Shown here piece after piece: positions 59,370 to 64,000 of a stretch of DNA of 64,000 nt; positions within the stretch are counted from its first letter, which is position 1; the number at the start of each line of letters is the position of its first letter. The notes under the pieces are model-generated. The model ran no database searches. It was not told the DNA's origin and saw only the letters and a list, made by a program, of their open reading frames with translations. The stretch covers positions 4,927,258 to 4,991,257 of the forward strand of contig JAHRHZ010000002.1 in assembly GCA_024137785.1 (NCBI GenBank). The letters are read 5' to 3'. A program made the position numbers and the translations under genes. Origin of the DNA: Ginglymostoma cirratum. Its lineage: Eukaryota.

Positions 59370-60733
59370 GAGTGAGTGGCTGGCTGACCTTCGTAGCTCC
59401 CATTGCTGTTGGCAATGTCCAAGCCAGTCACTTTGACTGGAGACTTCAACTGCATCATCGATGCAAGTGGAAGATCTGAAGGGGCTGACAGCAAACTGGA
59501 CACCACATCTAGATTCCTGATGGAAAGGGTTAAAAATGCCAAGTTACACTTACCTTCAGCATCCCTGCAGATGGAGCGCAGCATAGATACACCAGGTCGC
59601 GACCAGACAGGTGTATTTGCTCAAGGATAGATTTCCTGTTTGAGCCCTGAGTGTTCTCAGTCAGATCCACTGACGTCAAGCCAGTGTTCTTTACTGATCA
59701 CTGCCTCTGACTGTCACCTACAGGATGACCGGTGGGTTGACAAGGGAACGTGGAAGCTGAATGTGGAACTGTTGACCAAAGAACGCATGGAGGAGCTCAA
59801 AGTAGGTTACACAAGTCGGAGAAGCATGAAACCCATCCTTGAGTTGCCAGTGGACTGGTGGGAAACAGTCAAGGGAACATTAAGATGTCCTTTATCCTCA
59901 AAGGTCTTCTGAAAGCAAGAGAGAGAGACGGGATAAACTGCCAAAACTTCTGAAAGGTATGCAGAACTTGCTGCTGCTGCAATGATGGGGGTCGATGTCA
60001 CAGAGAATCTTCAGGAGGTGAAGAGCCAACAAGCCTTGCTCTTTGATTTGGAGGACTCCAAGATAATCTTCCAGTTCACAGTCTGCTCCGTGGAGCAAGA
60101 TGAGATGTGTTCGTGTTTCTGTTTCCAGAAGGTACACAGGGAAAATGCTGTGATCTGCAGTCTGAAGGAAGAAAATGGCTTGGTGACATCATCTCAGTCT
60201 GACATCCTGAGTATCAGCAAATCCTTTTATGCCAGACTGTATGACACGAAGCCCCTAGACAGTGTGGCCTCCCAGTTGTTCCTGTCTTCTATCATGGTGG
60301 TCTTAGACAACAGCATGCAGGAGAGACTGGACCAGCTGTTATCTCTGAATGAGCTGACCAAGGCCCTCAAGTCCTTTGAAAAGAATAATATTCCCAGCTG
60401 AGTTGTATTTGGCTCTGTGGGTCTTGATAGGCTAGGATCTGCTGGAGGTATACTACAGTATGCTTCTAGCAGGTACTATGTGCGAATCCGTGAGGAAAAG
60501 TATGATCACCCTCATTTACAAGTGGAAGGGGGAGGTATTGGGAATTAGGAACTGGTGATCAATTTCATTGTTGAATTTGGATTACAAAATCCCATCCCAA
60601 TCGGGTCAAGTCTGCCCTGGAATTGGTGATTCAGCTCGATCAAACCTGTGCTGTCCTGGGCAGGAAGATCTCTGCGCTCCTACATGCAGAACAGGGGGTG
60701 GATGTTGTCCCATCAACCTGGACCGGGAGAAGA
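59370..60733 (+). mobile_element. Tx1/L1-clade LINE ORF2 fragment (APE + start of RT)
   Basis: GDFNCIID, RIDF, GTWKLN..LL, WWETVK, FQKVH, ISLLNLDYKI, QTCAV.GRKI, INLDREK. Confidence 0.8.
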
Positions 60734-61771
60734 CTGTATGGTGGGGCAAAAATCCCCGTCAGTTTACGGACAGACCCTGGACTTAAATCCCTCCAAAGGC
60801 AGAAGTTGTGGAAATTACATTGGATTACAGTCACTGGGATTCCAGAAACCGTGGACTGCAACTGAGCCAGGAAGAGGCTGGCTAGGATAGACTGGGGAAT
60901 ATATAAGCCCAGGGACATATGTCTGGGACAGGGGTTAGCTAACAGAAACTGAAGGAAGATCACCCCACCGCCACCACATTCATGCCTCAGCTAAAATAAT
61001 GCTAGCCAGTCTGCAGGAAACAAACAACTTCAACAATTTAAGACCCTTCGGAGCCTACACAGGTATAAAACAATTCAATTCCAAATTAGTGCTCAGGCAC
61101 AAAGTTACTGAACATTCCACACGATTGTACTGCATGCAAACCTGTTTCACCTTGGATGTTAAAAAAAAAATTCACACCACTGTGCAGACCGAACAGATAC
61201 CCATCCAAGGGAAATGCTGGACATTCCAAAACCATCAAAGCCATTCACTTCAATCGAAAAATGATTCTCACCTACTTCAGTGCCCAGGAATCCCTTTCAG
61301 CTCCGAGAGGAGAAACAACAGCTCCACAGATTTGGCTGGGGATTAGTGGGGCAGGGGGAGCTGGTGCGGTGGGGTGCTGCAGTTGGGTATAACTGGAGAT
61401 CCTGAGCCCCAGCACAGGAGTGAGGGAAAGAGAAGCAAGTGATGAAAAGAGAAGCAAGTACAGGCAAGAGAAGTGAGGGAAAGAGAGTGAGTGTACTGAG
61501 AATCCTGCACTGTGAGTGGGGCACTGCGAGACCAGCACTGTGATACCAACCACTGAACACCAGCAACTAACTGCGAACCTCCACTTGATGCCTCGAGGCG
61601 ACCGAAGGCATTCTGAGGTGCGAAACACTAACTGGGGCAACACCAGCAACATTCACCACCATCAGCAACAGCAACCCACTCGCAAGGACCACCAGGAGGA
61701 GGAAGAAAACCAGGATACTCACCAGGCCGGTCCCACAAGTCCAACTGCACAGACAGTCTCCACTAGCCTGA

Positions 61772-64000
61772 CTAAAAACCAAAAGGACTGTGGATGCTGT
61801 AAATCAGGAACAAAAACAAAGATGCTGGAAAAGCTCAGCAGCTCTGGCAGCACCTGTGAAGGAAAAAACAGATTTAACGTTTCGGGTCTGGCGACCCTTC
61901 CTCAGAACTGATAGTGGCTGGGAAAGCGTCAGTTTATTTGCAGAAAATAGGGAGGTGGGTGGGGTAGGGAGTACGTGATAGGATAGAGCCCAAAGAGAGA
62001 GAAAGACAGTTGAACAGATAAAGGAGTTGCTAAGGATCAGGCTGGGAGGGTGAGTAGTTGTTAATGGCGACTGTTAGTGACTAACAACAGAGGGTGAGTA
62101 AAGGCAGGCTAAATGGTAACAAGGCCTGGTGTGTTGGGTGGGGGGCTGGGACATGGTAGAGTTTCGGCCGTAAAATTATTGAACTCAATGCCCCGGAGGG
62201 CTGTAGGGTCCCCAAGCGGAAAATGAGGTGTTGTTCCTCCAGCTTGCGTTGGGCTTCGCTGGAACACTGCAGAAAGCCAGAGACAGACATGTTGGCCAGG
62301 GAGCAGGGTGGTGTGTCAAAGTGGCAGGAAACATGTAGCTCAGGGTCTTTTTTGTGAGCAGAACATAGATGTTCTGCGAAGTGGTCGTCAAGTCTACGCT
62401 TCGTTTCCCCAATGTAGAGGAGACCACATTGTGAGCAGCAAATGCAGTAGACCAGATTCTGGGAAGTGCAGGTGAAGTGTTGCTTCACCTGGAAGGCATG
62501 TTTGGGCCCTTGGATGCTGGGGAGGGAGGAGGTAAATGGGCAGGTGTTGCACCTTCGCCGGTTACAGGGGAAGGTGCCGTAGGGCTGTGGGGAGGTGTTG
62601 GGGGTGAAGGAAGTGTGGACCAGGGTGTCCTGGAGGGAACGGTCCCTGCGGAAGGCGGACAAGGGAGGGGAGGGGAATATGTGTCTGGTGGTGGCATCTT
62701 GCTGGAAGTGGCGGAAATGGCATCTGATGATCTTCTGGATGTGTATGCTGGTGGGATGGTAGGTAAGGATAAGGGGAACCCTATTGTTGTTGTGGGAGGG
62801 AAGAGAATGGGTGAGGGCAGAAGTGTGGGAGATGGGTCGGACCTGGTTGAGGGCCCTGTCGACAATGGAGCTGGGGAAACCTTCGTTGAGGAAGAAGGTG
62901 GACATTTTGGAGGCTCCCTTGTCGAAGTTGGCCTCATTTGAACATATGCGACGGAGATGGATGAACTGAGAGAATGGGATGGAGTCTTTGCAGGAAGTGG
63001 GGTGTGAGGATGTATAATCCAGACAGCTGTGGGAGTCAGAGGGTTTGTCGTGGATATTGGTGGCCAGTCTAACCCCAGAAATGGAAACAGAAATGTCGAG
63101 GAAGGGAAGGGAGGAGTCAGAGATAAGCCAGGTGAACGTAATAGAAGTGTGGAAATTGGAGGCGAAATTGATGAAGTTTACCAATTCCAGACGAGAAAAG
63201 GAAGCAGCATCGACGATATCATCGATGTATCGGAGAAAGAATTGTGGGTGGGGGCTGGAATAAGACTGGAATAAGGAATGTTCCATGTACCCCATGAAGA
63301 GACAGGCATAATTGTGGGTACCATGGCAACCCCTCTTACTTGAAGAAAATGAGAGGAGTTGAAAGAGAAGTTGTTGAGGGTGAGGACAAGCTCGGCCAAG
63401 TGGAGGACGGTGGTGGTGGGTGTAGATGGTTCAGGTCTTTGCTCCAGGAAGAAGCCCTGAGACCCTCATGGTGGGGAATGGACGTGTAAAGGGATTGCAC
63501 GTCCATGGTAAAGAGGAGGTGGCTGGAACCGGTAAACTGGAAGTTTTGAAACCGACGTAAGGCGTCAGAAGAATCATGGATATACGTAGGCAGGGATTGG
63601 GCCAGCGGGCAGAAGACTGAGTCAAGGTAGAAAGAAATGAGTTCTGTGGGGCACGAACAGGCTGAAACAATGGGTCTGCCCAGACAGTCCTGTTTGTGGA
63701 TTTTCGGCAGGAGGTAGAAACGAGGGGTTGAGGGACTGTTAGCTTGAAAACGGAGTTGGGGAGATCACTGGATGAAATGAGATCAGCTACAGTGGTGGAT
63801 ACAATGGCCTGATGTGTCATGGTGAGGTCATGGTCCAGGGGAAGGTTGGAGGAGGTATCTGAGAGTTGGCACTCAGCCTCTGCAAGGTAGAGGTCAGTAC
63901 GCCAGACTACAACATCACCACCCTTATTGGCAGGCTTAATGACAAAGTCAGGGCTAGATCTGAGTGCACTGAGTGCAGTCCGTTCGGAGGGAGATAGGTT
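61772..64000 (-). mobile_element. Penelope-like element (subfamily B), RT + GIY-YIG, 5' part outside window
   Basis: ORF 62081-63295: RYIDD, LPFLDISVS, CNRRRCNTC, NLVYCICCSQCGLLYIGETKRRL. Upstream IKPANKGG motif ~63940-63915. 3' terminus shared with 14915-15084 and 50558-50787. Confidence 0.93.
61874..61908 (-). ncRNA. Minimal type I hammerhead ribozyme motif
   Basis: GTT-CTGAGGA-A-GGGTC GCCA GACCC-GAAA-CGTT-AA on the element's coding strand, ~100 nt before its 3' end. Confidence 0.75.

Noticed and set aside
60734-61770. Possible solo LTR or exon (TG start, TATA-like ATATATAAG, His/Gln-rich ORF 61516-61911)
   Set aside because: No recognisable CA end, TSD or protein motif. The ORF's end is Penelope terminus sequence.
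1-64000. CRISPR arrays, operons or other prokaryotic systems
   Set aside because: No regularly spaced repeat-spacer arrays. The content is spliced vertebrate genes and vertebrate transposons.

Overview
Eukaryotic, repeat-dense genomic DNA. It is almost certainly from a shark (elasmobranch), inferred from HE1- and SacSINE1-type SINEs, shark-type Penelope termini and a shark-like MHC class I gene. Host genes: (1) a minus-strand nonclassical MHC class I gene (~49.0-53.1 kb; leader, alpha1, alpha2, alpha3, TM and 33-nt cytoplasmic exons resolved). It lacks the alpha2 disulfide cysteines and carries three apparent lesions: an intron-2 donor GT>AT, a phase-shifted TM exon ending in TAG, and a 3.3-kb inverted Penelope insertion ~35 bp upstream of the ATG. 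(2) An intact 11-finger C2H2 zinc-finger ORF (17559-18590, -) and a decayed paralog (37.6-38.6 kb, +), arranged head-to-head. Each is served by a copy of a shared promoter/ATG-donor module; a third copy at ~7.1-7.8 kb points out of the window. The remainder is mostly transposon relics: Gmr1-type Gypsy elements (integrase before RT, SCAN-like gag), another Gypsy, CR1, L2, Rex1, Tx1/L1, SINEs and at least three Penelope-like subfamilies. The Penelope termini carry minimal hammerhead-ribozyme motifs (CUGANGA-A-stemII-GAAACGUH; about 14 intact or decayed copies). They insert as asymmetric inverted pairs or as ~130-nt hammerhead+tail units with 12-15-bp target-site duplications. No prokaryotic features, CRISPR arrays, rRNA or bona fide tRNA genes were seen. 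All alignments were made by eye; boundaries of old repeats are approximate.
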